A stretch of 64,000 nt of DNA from an uncultured delta proteobacterium (GTDB lineage: Bacteria; Desulfobacterota; RBG-13-43-22): assembly GCA_963802945.1 (NCBI GenBank), contig CAWDKY010000016.1, positions 64,001 through 128,000 of the forward strand, in the 5' to 3' direction. The notes under the pieces are model-generated. The model searched no databases. It worked only from the letters and a program-made list of their open reading frames with translations, and had not been told where the DNA came from. Made by a program: the position numbers and the translations under genes. Numbering within the stretch: the first letter of the stretch is position 1; each line of letters starts with the position of its first letter. Below are positions 11,728 through 22,262 of the stretch, piece by piece.

Positions 11728-13288
11728 TTAATTAATTTTTCTTCCCTTTCCTTTCCAGTAAGGTTCTTTAAGGTCTTTTCTGAGGATCTTGCCGTTCTGA
11801 TTTTTCGGAAGCTCCTCGATAAAATCCACCGAGGTCGGTTTCTTATAACCGGCCAGATGTTTCTTGCTGAATTCGATGATCTCTTCTTCTGTGGCAATCA
11901 TTCCCTTTTTCAAAGAGACGGCGGCCTTGACCGTCTCACCCCATTTTTCGTGAGGTATGCCGAATACGGCCGCTTCCAATACAGCCGGATGCATATAAAG
12001 TACATCCTCCACTTCCTTGGGGTATACGTTGAATCCACCGCTGACGATCATGTCGTCTTTGCGATCAACTAGAAAGATATATCCGTCCTCGTCCAGGTAA
12101 CCCATGTCCCGGGTATGGAGCCATCCACCGCGAAAGGTCTCGGCCGTGGCCGGGGGGTTTTTCCAATATTCCCGCATCACCTGGTCGGACTGGGCCACAA
12201 TCTCTCCGATTTCACCCGGAGGAAGGAAGTTTCCATTCTCTCCCATAATCCGCACCCTAGCCACGGTAACCTCTCTGCCTACCGAGGCAAGGCGTTTGAG
12301 TTTCTTTTCCGATCCGTCCAGAATATGATCCTCCTTGGTGAGCAAGGTCAGAGGCATGCTTCCTTCGGTCAACCCGTATCCCTGGACAAAGACATTACCA
12401 AAAACGGCGATCGCTTTTTTCAAGATCTCCGGGGCGATGGGCGAGGCCCCGTAGCGAATGGTCTTAAGACTGCTTAAATCGTATTTTTCAAGATCAGGTT
12501 CATTCAAAAGCATAACGATCGTGGTCGGCACCAGATAGAGTGTGGTAACCCATTCCTTTTCTATGGTTTGAAGAAGCAACCGGGCATCGAACCCGGGAAG
12601 AATGACCACCTTGGCCCCCCGTATAAAATGGGGGTAGATCATGGAACCGCTGGCATGGGTTACCGGGGAGGTGAGCGCCACTACATCGGTGGGTTGAATA
12701 TTCAGTCCGTCTATAAGGACATTATACACACTCATCATGGCCCCCCGATTATCTTGAACTACACCCTTGGGCCGGCCGGTAGTGCCGGAGGTATAAGATA
12801 AACGATGAACATCCTCATCACTCATCGCCACACAAGGATCTTTGGGAGAGGCCTTGGCAATGAGTCTCTTCATAGGAGAGCATGCCCGGCGGAGGTGTTC
12901 CGGTCACGCAAATGGTATGGATAATCGATTTGGCCTCCGGCAATATAGATCCGATAATCCCGGTGTATTCTTCCCCCACGAATACGGCCCTGGCCTCTGA
13001 ATTATCGAGTATATAGAGGTGCTCTCTGGCGGAATTGCGCATATTCAGGGGCACCCGGGCCATTCCGGCCCCGTCAAGGCCGCAAAAACATTCGACACTC
13101 TGATAAGAATTGGTGAGCAGGACAGCCACCTTGTCTCCTTTCTTCAGACCCAGATCGAGCAGGGCATTGGAGATTCGAATGGATCTGTCAAGCAGTTCCT
13201 TGGCTGTAAGTCTTTTTTCCGGTGAGACCAGGATCTCTTTGTCCGGGAACAATCTGGCGGTCTTGATCATTACATCGTGTGGGTTCAT
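11728..13288 (-). CDS. Acyl-CoA synthetase (AMP-forming), frameshift near 12870
   Basis: YTSGTTGRPKG, GYGLTE, DRKDDMIVSGG, LPKNQNGKI. Confidence 0.9.
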
Positions 13289-13371
13289 TGAAAAATTCCT
13301 TCCTTTATTGGAAAATACCGTTCAAAGTTCAATCCCGCCGATGGCGGGACTTGAATCCTAAAACCTTATCT

Positions 13372-14511
13372 TTATATTGCCCCTTCTTCCCTGAATCTTT
13401 TTATATCCCCTTGAGAATATCCAGTCTTCAGCAGGACCTCTTCGTTGTGCTCTCCCAATTCAGGCGGCGGCGACTGGATCTTTCCCGGAGTTTCGGAAAG
13501 TTTTATCGGGAAGGCCACCTGCCGAAGGGATTCACCGGAGCTGAGCTTGATCTCTTGGATCATCTGCCTGAAAATGACTTGAGGGTCCCCCAAGGCCTGC
13601 TCCGGGGTATTGACCGGGGCCACCGGCACATCAGCTTTTATCAGGATTTTGACCCATTCCTTTCTGGTCTTTTGAGAAAATACGGGCTTGAGTTTGTCAA
13701 CCAGTTCATTCCGCCGTTGATGCCTTTCCGCAACCCCAATTCCCACAAGTTCATCCAGGCCCATCGCCCGGCACAAACGATCCCAGAACCAGTCTTCATG
13801 GGCGATTCCCAGGGTAAAGGGTTTTCCGTCTTTGCCCTTAAAGACCCCGTATCCTGCGTCATAGGGACGCTCCGACGAGCCGGTATTGAAAAAAAGGCCG
13901 AATCGAATGGACATCCAGGAAAGGAGTCCGTCAAACATGGATACATCGATGTATTGTCCTTTCCCGGTATGGCCTCTGGCCATCAGGGCGGCCAGAATGC
14001 CTATGGTCGCAAACATCCCCGAAGACAGGTCTCCGATGGCAATGCCCGGAGGTATGTGATTGCCTTCACTGTCGTGGATGGAGTCCAGCATCCCGGCCAT
14101 GGCCATATAATTCAAGTCATGACCCGGCAGATCCCGGTAAGGTCCGTCCTGCCCATATCCGGAGATGGAGCAATAGATCAAGCGGGGATTGATTTTGTTT
14201 AAAACCTCATATCCCAGACCCAAACGTTTTATCACTCCAGGGCGGAACCCCTCGGTGAAGACATCGGCCTCCTGAACCAGCCGCATCATGATCTCTCTGG
14301 CCGACGGCTTCTTCAAATCAAGGGTGATACTTTTTTTATTCCGATTTAAACCCCTGAAAAAACCAGGGTTGCGCCGGGCCGGGTCACCGATCTTCGGCTG
14401 TTCCACCTTGATAATCTCTGCACCCAAATCCCCAAGGAGCATGGAACAATAGGGCCCTGGGTATTGATGGGCGGAATCCAGTATCTTAATGCCCTGTAAT
14501 GGTAAAGTCAT
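13372..14511 (-). CDS. Family III CoA-transferase (CaiB/BaiF)
   Basis: PGPYC..LGDLGAEIIKVE, NRNKKSITLDLK, GHDLNY. Confidence 0.92.
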   Translation of the reverse strand: MTLPLQGIKILDSAHQYPGPYCSMLLGDLGAEIIKVEQPKIGDPARRNPGFFRGLNRNKKSITLDLKKPSAREIMMRLVQEADVFTEGFRPGVIKRLGLGYEVLNKINPRLIYCSISGYGQDGPYRDLPGHDLNYMAMAGMLDSIHDSEGNHIPPGIAIGDLSSGMFATIGILAALMARGHTGKGQYIDVSMFDGLLSWMSIRFGLFFNTGSSERPYDAGYGVFKGKDGKPFTLGIAHEDWFWDRLCRAMGLDELVGIGVAERHQRRNELVDKLKPVFSQKTRKEWVKILIKADVPVAPVNTPEQALGDPQVIFRQMIQEIKLSSGESLRQVAFPIKLSETPGKIQSPPPELGEHNEEVLLKTGYSQGDIKRFREEGAI

Positions 14512-14624
14512 ATATTTCCTTTTAAGAAAAAATAGCCAGTACAATGGGGCGCGAGAGGTCCTCTTTTCAGGGATTGTCTAAACGGCAATCCCTCGCCCCT
14601 TATTCTTCAGTAGTCCTTCGGGTT

Positions 14625-15401
14625 TTAATCCGCCTTAAAATGAGGCTTTCGTTTCTCCCGGAAGGCCATCAGACCCTCAGCCCTGTTTTCTATGGCCGTT
14701 GGGGTGGACATCTCCTGGACGCTGACCGCCAGATCCAGTTTCAAGGCCGTATTAAGATCCACCTGCATCCCTTCATTAACGCATCGTTTGGCTATTTTCA
14801 GACCATGGGGAGGAAACTCCAGCATCGTCTCGGCCAGTTTAATCGCTTCATCCAATAAGGCTTTTTCCGGAACGATCTTATTGATCAATCCAAGCCGCAA
14901 GGCCTCTTCGGCACCTATGCGCCCTGCTGTATAGAGCAGCTCTTTTGTTTTGGTGATGCCGATGATTCGCGGCAGCCTTTGCATTCCCCCGGCACCGGGA
15001 ACCGAACCGATCCTCAGTTCCACCAACCCGAACTTGGCGCTTTCCGTGGCAATACGCAAATCACAGCATAAAGCTAATTCAAGACCACCTCCCAAGCAAA
15101 AACCGCTGATGGCCGCTATGAAAATCCGAGGGTCATCTTCAAACTTTTTAAACTGATCGCGCGAACTGGGGCGTGATTGGCCGGGAGGAAACACCTCTTT
15201 AATATCAGCCCCGGCGCTGAAACATTTTTCTCCACCGGTAAAAATGACAACTCTTATACTCTTATCCGCTTCTACCTGCTCCCAGATGTCTTTCATCTCG
15301 GCCTGCATCTGGGTATTGATGCTGTTAAGATTTTCCGGCCGATTCATCGTTAGGATAGCCATATCATTTTTCTTTTCAAAATTCATCGTTTCATAGGCCA
15401 T
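14625..15401 (-). CDS. Enoyl-CoA hydratase/isomerase
   Basis: FSAGADI, GGGLELALCCD, FGLVE, PGAGG. Confidence 0.92.
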   Translation of the reverse strand: MAYETMNFEKKNDMAILTMNRPENLNSINTQMQAEMKDIWEQVEADKSIRVVIFTGGEKCFSAGADIKEVFPPGQSRPSSRDQFKKFEDDPRIFIAAISGFCLGGGLELALCCDLRIATESAKFGLVELRIGSVPGAGGMQRLPRIIGITKTKELLYTAGRIGAEEALRLGLINKIVPEKALLDEAIKLAETMLEFPPHGLKIAKRCVNEGMQVDLNTALKLDLAVSVQEMSTPTAIENRAEGLMAFREKRKPHFKAD

Positions 15402-15455
15402 TAGATAGTCCTCCTTATTATTTTGAGATCCTTAAATGTCACACTTTCCCTTTCT

Positions 15456-16160
15456 TCAAGAAAGGTAACTTTCTCTCAGTTCCGGGTTGTCAAGCAATTT
15501 CCAGGAGGGGCCTTGCATAACCACCCGCCCATTTTGCAACACAACTCCTCTATCAGAAATCCGTAAAGCCATTTGGGCATCCTGTTCTACCAAGATAATA
15601 GTGGTGCCCGCCTGGTTGATTTTTTTTGTAACCGTACTCACTTCCTTGCGCATAATAGGGCTCAATCCCAGGGTAGGTTCATCCAAGACCATTAATTTGG
15701 GGACGGCCATCAACCCGCGGCCGATAGCCAGCATTTGTTGCTCGCCTCCGCTCAAATTCCCCCCCAGCTGGTTTCTTCGTTCGCTGAGCACGGGAAAGAT
15801 GTCATAAACCTGTTCCAATGATTGTTCGAGTTCTTTTTTCAAATGGGTCAGGTAGGCCCCGATTTTTAAATTTTCCAATACCGTCAGGGTCCCAAAAATT
15901 TCTCTCCCTTCCGGTACCTGAGCAATTCCCAATTTAACAATAACATGAGGAGGAAGACCGTTGATTTTTTTTCCATTGAACCGGATTTCTCCACTCCCTG
16001 GCTTTACTAACCCACAAATAGTATTAGCTAAGGTAGTTTTCCCAGCACCGTTTCCACCCAATAGGCAGACGATTTCCCCTTCCTCTATATCCAAAGAAAC
16101 TCCCTGCAGGGCCTGGACCCCGCCGTAGTGTACCTTCAGATCTTTTATTTCAAGCAACAT
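15456..16160 (-). CDS. Branched-chain amino acid-type ABC transporter ATPase (LivF-like)
   Basis: GGNGAGKTT, VPEGREIF, LSGGEQQML. Confidence 0.9.
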   Translation of the reverse strand: MLLEIKDLKVHYGGVQALQGVSLDIEEGEIVCLLGGNGAGKTTLANTICGLVKPGSGEIRFNGKKINGLPPHVIVKLGIAQVPEGREIFGTLTVLENLKIGAYLTHLKKELEQSLEQVYDIFPVLSERRNQLGGNLSGGEQQMLAIGRGLMAVPKLMVLDEPTLGLSPIMRKEVSTVTKKINQAGTTIILVEQDAQMALRISDRGVVLQNGRVVMQGPSWKLLDNPELRESYLS

Positions 16161-16179
16161 CTTTGCTCTCCAATTTTTC

Positions 16180-16947
16180 TCAACCTTCTTCCGTCCCCAG
16201 GTAGGCTTTAATCACTTCGGGGTCTCGCTTTATGACTTCTGGCGATCCTTCGGCGATCTTTACCCCATACTGGATCACAATGACACGGTCACAGACCCCC
16301 ATGACCATTTTCATATTGTGTTCCACAAGCACAATCGTTTTCTTTAATTCGGTTCGGATGCGACGGATTTCTTGGGTCATGGCCAGAGCTTCCGAAGGGT
16401 TCATGCCGGCCACCGGCTCATCCAGGAGTAAAATCTGGGCATCTGTGGCCAGGGCCATGGCAATACCCAACATCTTCTGATATCCGTAAGGAATGTCCTT
16501 CGAGGGGATATCTTTCTTGTCTTCTAATTGCAATCTTTTCAGGGTGGATAGGCTTTTCTCCCGCACTTCCCGTTCCCTGGAACCATAGGACTTCGTATGT
16601 AACATGGTCTTCCAAAAACCGGAATCTTTGTACAGATGATGGGCAAGGATAAGGTTTCCAAGACAGGAAGTAGCCGGAAAAAGACCGGCGCCCTGGAAAG
16701 AACGAACAACCCCTTTTCGAGCAATGGCATCCGGTCTTAGACCGACCAGGCTTTTTCCTCGGAAAGAGATATCCCCCTGAGTCGGTTTTATAAATCCGGA
16801 AATAATATTGAAGAGGGTCGTTTTCCCGGCCCCATTAGGCCCGATGATCCCCAAGATTTCCCCTTCTTGGACTTCGATATCGACCAGGTTCAAGGCCCTT
16901 AATCCCTTGAAATCTCGGGATACCCTTTTGATTTCTAAAATAGCCAT
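16180..16947 (-). CDS. ABC transporter ATPase (LivG-like)
   Basis: GPNGAGKTT, LLDEPVAGMN, VIKAYLG. Confidence 0.9.
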   Translation of the reverse strand: MAILEIKRVSRDFKGLRALNLVDIEVQEGEILGIIGPNGAGKTTLFNIISGFIKPTQGDISFRGKSLVGLRPDAIARKGVVRSFQGAGLFPATSCLGNLILAHHLYKDSGFWKTMLHTKSYGSREREVREKSLSTLKRLQLEDKKDIPSKDIPYGYQKMLGIAMALATDAQILLLDEPVAGMNPSEALAMTQEIRRIRTELKKTIVLVEHNMKMVMGVCDRVIVIQYGVKIAEGSPEVIKRDPEVIKAYLGTEEG

Positions 16948-16957
16948 CTCTTTCCCT

Positions 16958-17962
16958 TTAACCCGGAGGTATCTGGAGTGACAAGCTTTCCATTTGCTTT
17001 TTAAAAAGGTTTTTCACCTTCGCCGGAAGGCTGAGAAGACCCTCAGGAAGAATAAAAGTAACCATAATAATGACACCCCCGTAAAAAATATAGACCCAGC
17101 GGGCATCCACGTTGAGCAGCCAGGATTCGATCATAACCATCAAGAACCCCCCCAGTACCCCTCCCAAGGCCACTGAAGCGGCTCCGCCTACGGTAGCCTG
17201 AATCTGAACAAAGATGGATTGGTGAACGGAGTAACTTCCGGGATAGAGACAACCATAGTAGTGGGCGGTGAAGGCCCCGGCAACTCCGGCAAAAAAACAG
17301 GCGGTCACAAAATTGATAACTTTGTATTTTCGCGGGTAGACTCCCAGGCTCTCGGCCAAGTTCTCATTTTGAGGGAGGGACTTAAAAGTTCGGCCGAGAG
17401 CTGAATGATCCATTCGCCACATAAATAGCCCGCTGACTAAGAGGATCATCAGCAAGATGTAATAATTGGAAAAAGGAGAATCGAACTGAACCCTGCCCCA
17501 TCCGGGAAGAGTTAGAGGGCTGAATTTAGGTATTTCCAGAATGCCTCCGTGGCCGCCAAAAAATTCCAGACTCGAAAAAATTAAGCGGACCACTTCGGCG
17601 AAAGCAAAGGTGATGATGGACAGGGACAGCCCTCGAATTTTAAGAACGACCATTCCGAGGGCCCAGGCCACCAATCCGGAGGCGATTCCTCCGCCCAGAA
17701 GCCCAATCCAGGGACTGATCCCGAGCTTCTGGCCCAAAAGAGCCGAGGTATAAGCCCCAATGGCCAAAAAGGCCACCTGCCCCAGGCTTAAACAACCGAT
17801 CCTCAGGATCATCAGCCAGCCCATGGCCAGAATACTGGCTACCCCGCAACTGATAAACATACCAATACGTGCCGGGTTGGGAAAAATAATCGGTAGGAGA
17901 ATTAAAACCGGGATCAGGGCGACCAGTCCCAACCCCTTTAGGTTTCTTTTAATGAAATTCAT
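16958..17962 (-). CDS. ABC transporter permease (LivM-like)
   Basis: G.LSLGQVAFLAIGAY, multiple TM segments, LPEGL. Confidence 0.88.
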   Translation of the reverse strand: MNFIKRNLKGLGLVALIPVLILLPIIFPNPARIGMFISCGVASILAMGWLMILRIGCLSLGQVAFLAIGAYTSALLGQKLGISPWIGLLGGGIASGLVAWALGMVVLKIRGLSLSIITFAFAEVVRLIFSSLEFFGGHGGILEIPKFSPLTLPGWGRVQFDSPFSNYYILLMILLVSGLFMWRMDHSALGRTFKSLPQNENLAESLGVYPRKYKVINFVTACFFAGVAGAFTAHYYGCLYPGSYSVHQSIFVQIQATVGGAASVALGGVLGGFLMVMIESWLLNVDARWVYIFYGGVIIMVTFILPEGLLSLPAKVKNLFKKQMESLSLQIPPG

Positions 17963-18815
17963 ATTCAACTCCAAATAGACCCCGGGGCCTGAACAGAAAA
18001 ACAGCAATGACCATGATAAATGAGGCCACCTCAGCGATGGGTCCTAAATAGGTCACCCCGATGGATTCCATGAATCCGATCAGGAGACCAGCCAGAATTG
18101 ACCCTTTGATACTCCCCATTCCCCCTACCGCTACAATGAGTAAAGCCTTGAATACGAGACTACCTCCCATAAAAGGGTTGATATAAAAAAGAGGCGTAAT
18201 AATCGCTCCGGCAAAGGCGGCCAGGAAAGAGGCAATACCCATAACCAGAAAACGGATGGATCGTATATTTATCCCCTGAAGACTGGCCACCTTGGGATTT
18301 TCTGCCAGAGCCCGGATGGCAATACCCTGTTTGGTTTTTTGGATCCATAGATACAGGCCTGCAACGATAATCCCGCATAAAACAACTACCATTATACGTT
18401 CCAGGGAAAGGGTGGCCCCCATCAGGGAAACGGTCCCTTTAAAATAGGACCCAATCGAGACGTCTTCTCCTTCAAAAATGAAAGCCAGTATCCCTTCCAG
18501 GACCATACTCACTCCAAGTACCGCCCCCAAAGAGGCTACCTTGACCTTGTTGGTCAAAGGATACAAGATGGCCCATTCTATCAAAATTCCCAACCCGCCT
18601 ACGACCCCCATAGACAGGAGTGTGGCCAGGAAATAATTAACGCCGGCCACTTTGGCCAAGGCATAGACTAGATAAGCACCACAAATATAGAGCGTTCCGT
18701 GGGCGAAGTTCAACACCCGTAAGATGCCGAAGATCAAACTAAGGCCCAACGCCAGCAAAATATAGTTGGCCGATAATACAAGGCTGTTCAGAATGGTTTG
18801 CATCAATTCGGTCAT
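17949..18815 (-). CDS. ABC transporter permease (LivH-like)
   Basis: LGLSLIFGILRVLNFAHG, GGMGS, RPRGLFG. Confidence 0.9.
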   Translation of the reverse strand: MTELMQTILNSLVLSANYILLALGLSLIFGILRVLNFAHGTLYICGAYLVYALAKVAGVNYFLATLLSMGVVGGLGILIEWAILYPLTNKVKVASLGAVLGVSMVLEGILAFIFEGEDVSIGSYFKGTVSLMGATLSLERIMVVVLCGIIVAGLYLWIQKTKQGIAIRALAENPKVASLQGINIRSIRFLVMGIASFLAAFAGAIITPLFYINPFMGGSLVFKALLIVAVGGMGSIKGSILAGLLIGFMESIGVTYLGPIAEVASFIMVIAVFLFRPRGLFGVEYEFH

Positions 18816-18931
18816 GATGATTCATTCCTCTATCAAGGTCATTCGAGAGAGAACAGCAATCTTAAGTTGTTCATGACCAGGATATGGCCTGGACATTCCA
18901 CTGTTTCCACTTCAAACTTTTAGGAAAGAAA

Positions 18932-20125
18932 TTAAGGGGTCACCTCCAGAAAACTTTCTAAATATTTCACCTGCCCCTTCCCGACAATCTCACTGTACGG
19001 TACGGGAACCGTCATATGGTTCTTAATGCCATAAGTTTTTTCACCACTGGCCCGCAAAGGAGTTTTATGAAAACTACGAAATTCCATAGTCCGGAGGACC
19101 TTGAGGATCGCATCAGAATCAAGGCTTTGAGCCTTCTCAATAGCCATCAAAAGGATATGGGGTCCCATAGAATAGGCCGTGTCCGTGGTTTTCATATTAG
19201 GACATTGCTTTTCATAATATTTTTCCTGCTCCACACCCAAAGGGTTATTTTCCTCAGGGGAGACCATGATGCCTACAAACCCTTTGGAGGCTTCAACCCC
19301 GGCGATATCCTGCCATTTTTCCAGGTCACCGGGCATGGAGGTTGGATAACCGATACGCCCCTTGTACCCCAGTTCTCGCGATTGTTTCACGATCAAGGCA
19401 GCCGACCCCGGAGGTACTTTCAAATGTAAATAATCCGGATTAGACTTTAAAGCTTTACTTAAGAAAGGATAAAAATCTTTTGTTCCGGGAGGAACAAGAA
19501 TAAAGTCTTTTATGGTCAACCCCCTTTTCTTTTCATTTTTGAGAGCCCCCTCTTTGGAAAGTTTCGCCACCAGGTCATCGGTAAAAATATACAAGACACT
19601 CTTACAGTGAAACTTCTCCCTCATCAGAGAGCACAAGGCTTCACTTCTTTCCTCGTCACTAGAGGCCACTCTGAAAAGATAAGGCCACTCCGGTTTTGGA
19701 TTCCAGGTCGGCCCCCCGATAACGGCCAGTTTTTTTTCTTTTGTGGATAAGGGAGCCCAACCCGAAATCGATTCGGCCCCGAAAGAACCCACCAAAAAAT
19801 CAACCTTGTCGGAATAAATAAGCTTTTCAGCCGCTGCCCGTCCCCCGGCCACGGTATATTTGTCGTCGGCAAAAACCATTTCAATCTTGTAATTTTGCCC
19901 TTTGACCGTAACCCCTCCCCGGTCATTAAAAAATTTTTGCAGGGATTCCATGGTACATTTGGTGTTCAATCCCCATTGAGCGGCCGGTCCGGTCAAGGGG
20001 TTGATGACCCCCAATTTGAGGATATTACTTTCGGCCTGTAGGGAGTAAACGGCTCCCCACCCCAAGATAAAGGCCCCGATGAACAACCCCCCCATTACCT
20101 TCAAGAAAAACTTTCTTCCTGCCAT
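18932..20125 (-). CDS. ABC transporter substrate-binding protein (LivJ/K-like, PBP type 1)
   Basis: Signal peptide, KLGVINPLTGPAA.WG, N..GG, DDKY. Confidence 0.87.
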   Translation of the reverse strand: MAGRKFFLKVMGGLFIGAFILGWGAVYSLQAESNILKLGVINPLTGPAAQWGLNTKCTMESLQKFFNDRGGVTVKGQNYKIEMVFADDKYTVAGGRAAAEKLIYSDKVDFLVGSFGAESISGWAPLSTKEKKLAVIGGPTWNPKPEWPYLFRVASSDEERSEALCSLMREKFHCKSVLYIFTDDLVAKLSKEGALKNEKKRGLTIKDFILVPPGTKDFYPFLSKALKSNPDYLHLKVPPGSAALIVKQSRELGYKGRIGYPTSMPGDLEKWQDIAGVEASKGFVGIMVSPEENNPLGVEQEKYYEKQCPNMKTTDTAYSMGPHILLMAIEKAQSLDSDAILKVLRTMEFRSFHKTPLRASGEKTYGIKNHMTVPVPYSEIVGKGQVKYLESFLEVTP

Positions 20126-20358
20126 GACCCCCTCCTTGAATTTTGATAAGGTTAAGGCGTAATAATCGAAACGCTTCCCCAAAAGTTGACTTTATTTTTC
20201 CCCATCCTGGTTTCCTTGAGGAAAATGATGCCACCTCTGCTCTCCAAATCGATCGGCGATTCTTTGCCTTGAGAAAAAAACATGCCCCTGCTTTTTAAAT
20301 CAAGACTTTGAAAAGCAGAGTTAATAGAGTAATGGAATTGAATTTGGTTACTATACAT

Positions 20359-20973
20359 CTATTTCCAGAGCTCGGTTACAGCTCCGGAAGGGGGAGGTGT
20401 TATCACCCATAAATTCTTTGTCCCCTGGTCTCCGACTACTTCCCATCGATGAGGAAGAGTAGAAAAAAAATGGAGGCTGTCTCCTTTTTTCAAAGAAAAA
20501 ACCTTCCCGTCGATTTCATAATTTATTTCCCCTTGCAGGCAGAATATGAATTCTTCACCTGGATGGATTTCTGGTTTGGCGGAGCTTTTCGTTCCCTTTT
20601 TGAGATGGGCCATCAGGGCCAACATTTTCCCTTGCTTTAAACGAAGGGCCAGGTATTTTATCTGCGTGGTTCCAGAGGTATTTCGAAAGGCTTTTCCTTT
20701 TTTTTGTGGGAGGTATTCAACATTATCGACGTATTCGAAGTCGCCGTTATGTTCTTCTAAAAAATAACCGACCTTCTCTTCTAAGGCATCGGCGATTTTC
20801 AACATTACGGTAACCGTCGGGGTCATTTCACTGCGTTCGAGTTTGTGGATGGTCGTCACTGAAACCCCGGCTATTTCAGCCAACTGATTTAAAGACAGGC
20901 CTTTTTGTTTTCTAAGATGGGCTATTTTGTCGCCTATCGAGGAGACGATTTGATCAATAAATATTCCTTTCAT
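20359..20973 (-). CDS. XRE-family HTH plus cupin transcriptional regulator
   Basis: IGDKIAHLRKQKGLSLNQLAE HTH; HPGEEF..GDSLHF..PH cupin. Confidence 0.9.
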   Translation of the reverse strand: MKGIFIDQIVSSIGDKIAHLRKQKGLSLNQLAEIAGVSVTTIHKLERSEMTPTVTVMLKIADALEEKVGYFLEEHNGDFEYVDNVEYLPQKKGKAFRNTSGTTQIKYLALRLKQGKMLALMAHLKKGTKSSAKPEIHPGEEFIFCLQGEINYEIDGKVFSLKKGDSLHFFSTLPHRWEVVGDQGTKNLWVITPPPSGAVTELWK

Positions 20974-21006
20974 ATTATCCTATGGATTATTACCGCCCTC
21001 ATAAAT

Positions 21007-21046
21007 TATAGTTTATATTTTTATAAATTATATTTTAGGTTGTCAA
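21007..21046 (-). promoter_or_regulatory. Promoter and operator candidate upstream of the XRE gene
   Basis: TTGACA on the minus strand near 21040-21045; 11-4-11 inverted repeat TATAGTTTATA/TATAAATTATA. Confidence 0.45.
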
Positions 21047-21054
21047 GAAATAAT

Positions 21055-21535
21055 TCAGCCGCCCTGACCGGGCAGCAGGGCATTGGCCTCTTCGATCATT
21101 TTCTCGATCAAATCGGCTGCCGGACGGATTTTCCGGATTAATCCTGCTGCCTGACCCAGACCCCGTCTCCCAGCACCTGCATCCGACTCCAAGGTATTCA
21201 TAATTCCCGGGCGGTCTTTTTCCAGAAATTTTTTGGCTTCCCTGAAGAAAAGTCCTTAATGATCGGGTGAGCCGTTTTATCTCCCCGGATCAGGGTGGTA
21301 TCCGTTTCTCTGGCCAGCACAAGCATCTCTTTGAAGGCCGGAGAGATTTCACATTTTTCGACAGCCAGAAAGGCCGTGCCCATCTGAACCCCGGCGGCCC
21401 CCAGGGCCAGGGCCTTAGCCAATCCGCGTCCGTCCCCGATGTCTCCCCGCGGCAATAACCGGCCACTTCAACGTATCCACCACCTGGGGGACCAGCACTA
21501 AGATGGAAATTTTTTCCCTGCCGGTCATTCCGCCG
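21055..21535 (-). pseudogene. Nitronate monooxygenase/FabK-family C-terminal fragment
   Basis: VLVPQVVD..PVIAAG, IGDGRGLAKALALGAAGVQMGT; N-terminus missing. Confidence 0.75.
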
Positions 21536-21553
21536 TAGGCACCAGTAAATCTT

Positions 21554-21823
21554 TTAATTTAGGGGTGCCCCCCCTTCTTCCAGACGGGAAAGAATTCCCT
21601 GGATGATTCCCCCCTGAGTTTTAGGATCACAAAAGCTGAACATGACCTGGGAAAATTGGGTTTGCAAACCGCCCAGGCAGCCGAATCCCTCGATTAAAAC
21701 GGTCTTGGCCCCATTTCGTCCCGCGGCCAGGGCGGCCCCGATACCCGCCGGTCCACTACCGACCACAATCACATTCGCTTCAAAGAAAACATCGACTTCC
21801 TTCTGAGGTTGCCGAACGTTCAA
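21554..21823 (-). pseudogene. FAD-dependent oxidoreductase N-terminal fragment
   Basis: VIVVGSGPAGIGAALAAGRNG..LIE..LGG; truncated at 89 aa. Confidence 0.7.
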
Positions 21824-21908
21824 CCCGCGAAAAGATGATTGCCATTGCCGACAGTTATTTTGAAGGCATTGAACCGAACACTGGTAAATTTGTTCCCTTT
21901 CACCCCGA

Positions 21909-22262
21909 TTGCAACCAGACGGCCAACGGACAGAAAACTACCACGGTCCGGTCCCACTTGGTTGTAAGGAACAATTCGATAAAAAAATCTTTGTTTATAT
22001 CACCAGAGTAAGAAACCGCCGCTATTTAATCGTTGATGAAGAAAGAGGTCTGCTTTTTAGGATCTTTATGATGGATGTCCTCGGGAAGAAGGAGGATTTT
22101 GCCACCTTTCCCTTTCTCATGGATACGCTCCCGGCCTATATGTACATGCCGCATACCATATTCCTGGTCAAACTTTTTAAAATCGTAAGCGGTCAGATAC
22201 GGGAAATCGAGGCTTTAATGGTTAACATCCCCCTGGGGGCCTCCTCCGGCTGGCCGGATTGA
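21909..22262 (+). pseudogene. C-terminal fragment of a hypothetical protein
   Basis: RRYLIVDEERGL..LFKIVSGQIREIEA..SGW looks like a conserved C-terminus; no good start. Confidence 0.4.

Noticed and set aside
986-13288. Frameshifts in mutS, amidase, PBP1A, thiolase, ACAD and ligase as real pseudogenes, a mutator state or programmed recoding
   Set aside because: Single-base indels are scattered through many otherwise conserved genes, often at homopolymers. Sequencing error is more likely; reads are needed to decide.
8277-22262. Integrative element at tRNA-Glu
   Set aside because: I found no integrase and no duplicated tRNA 3' end (att) in the window.
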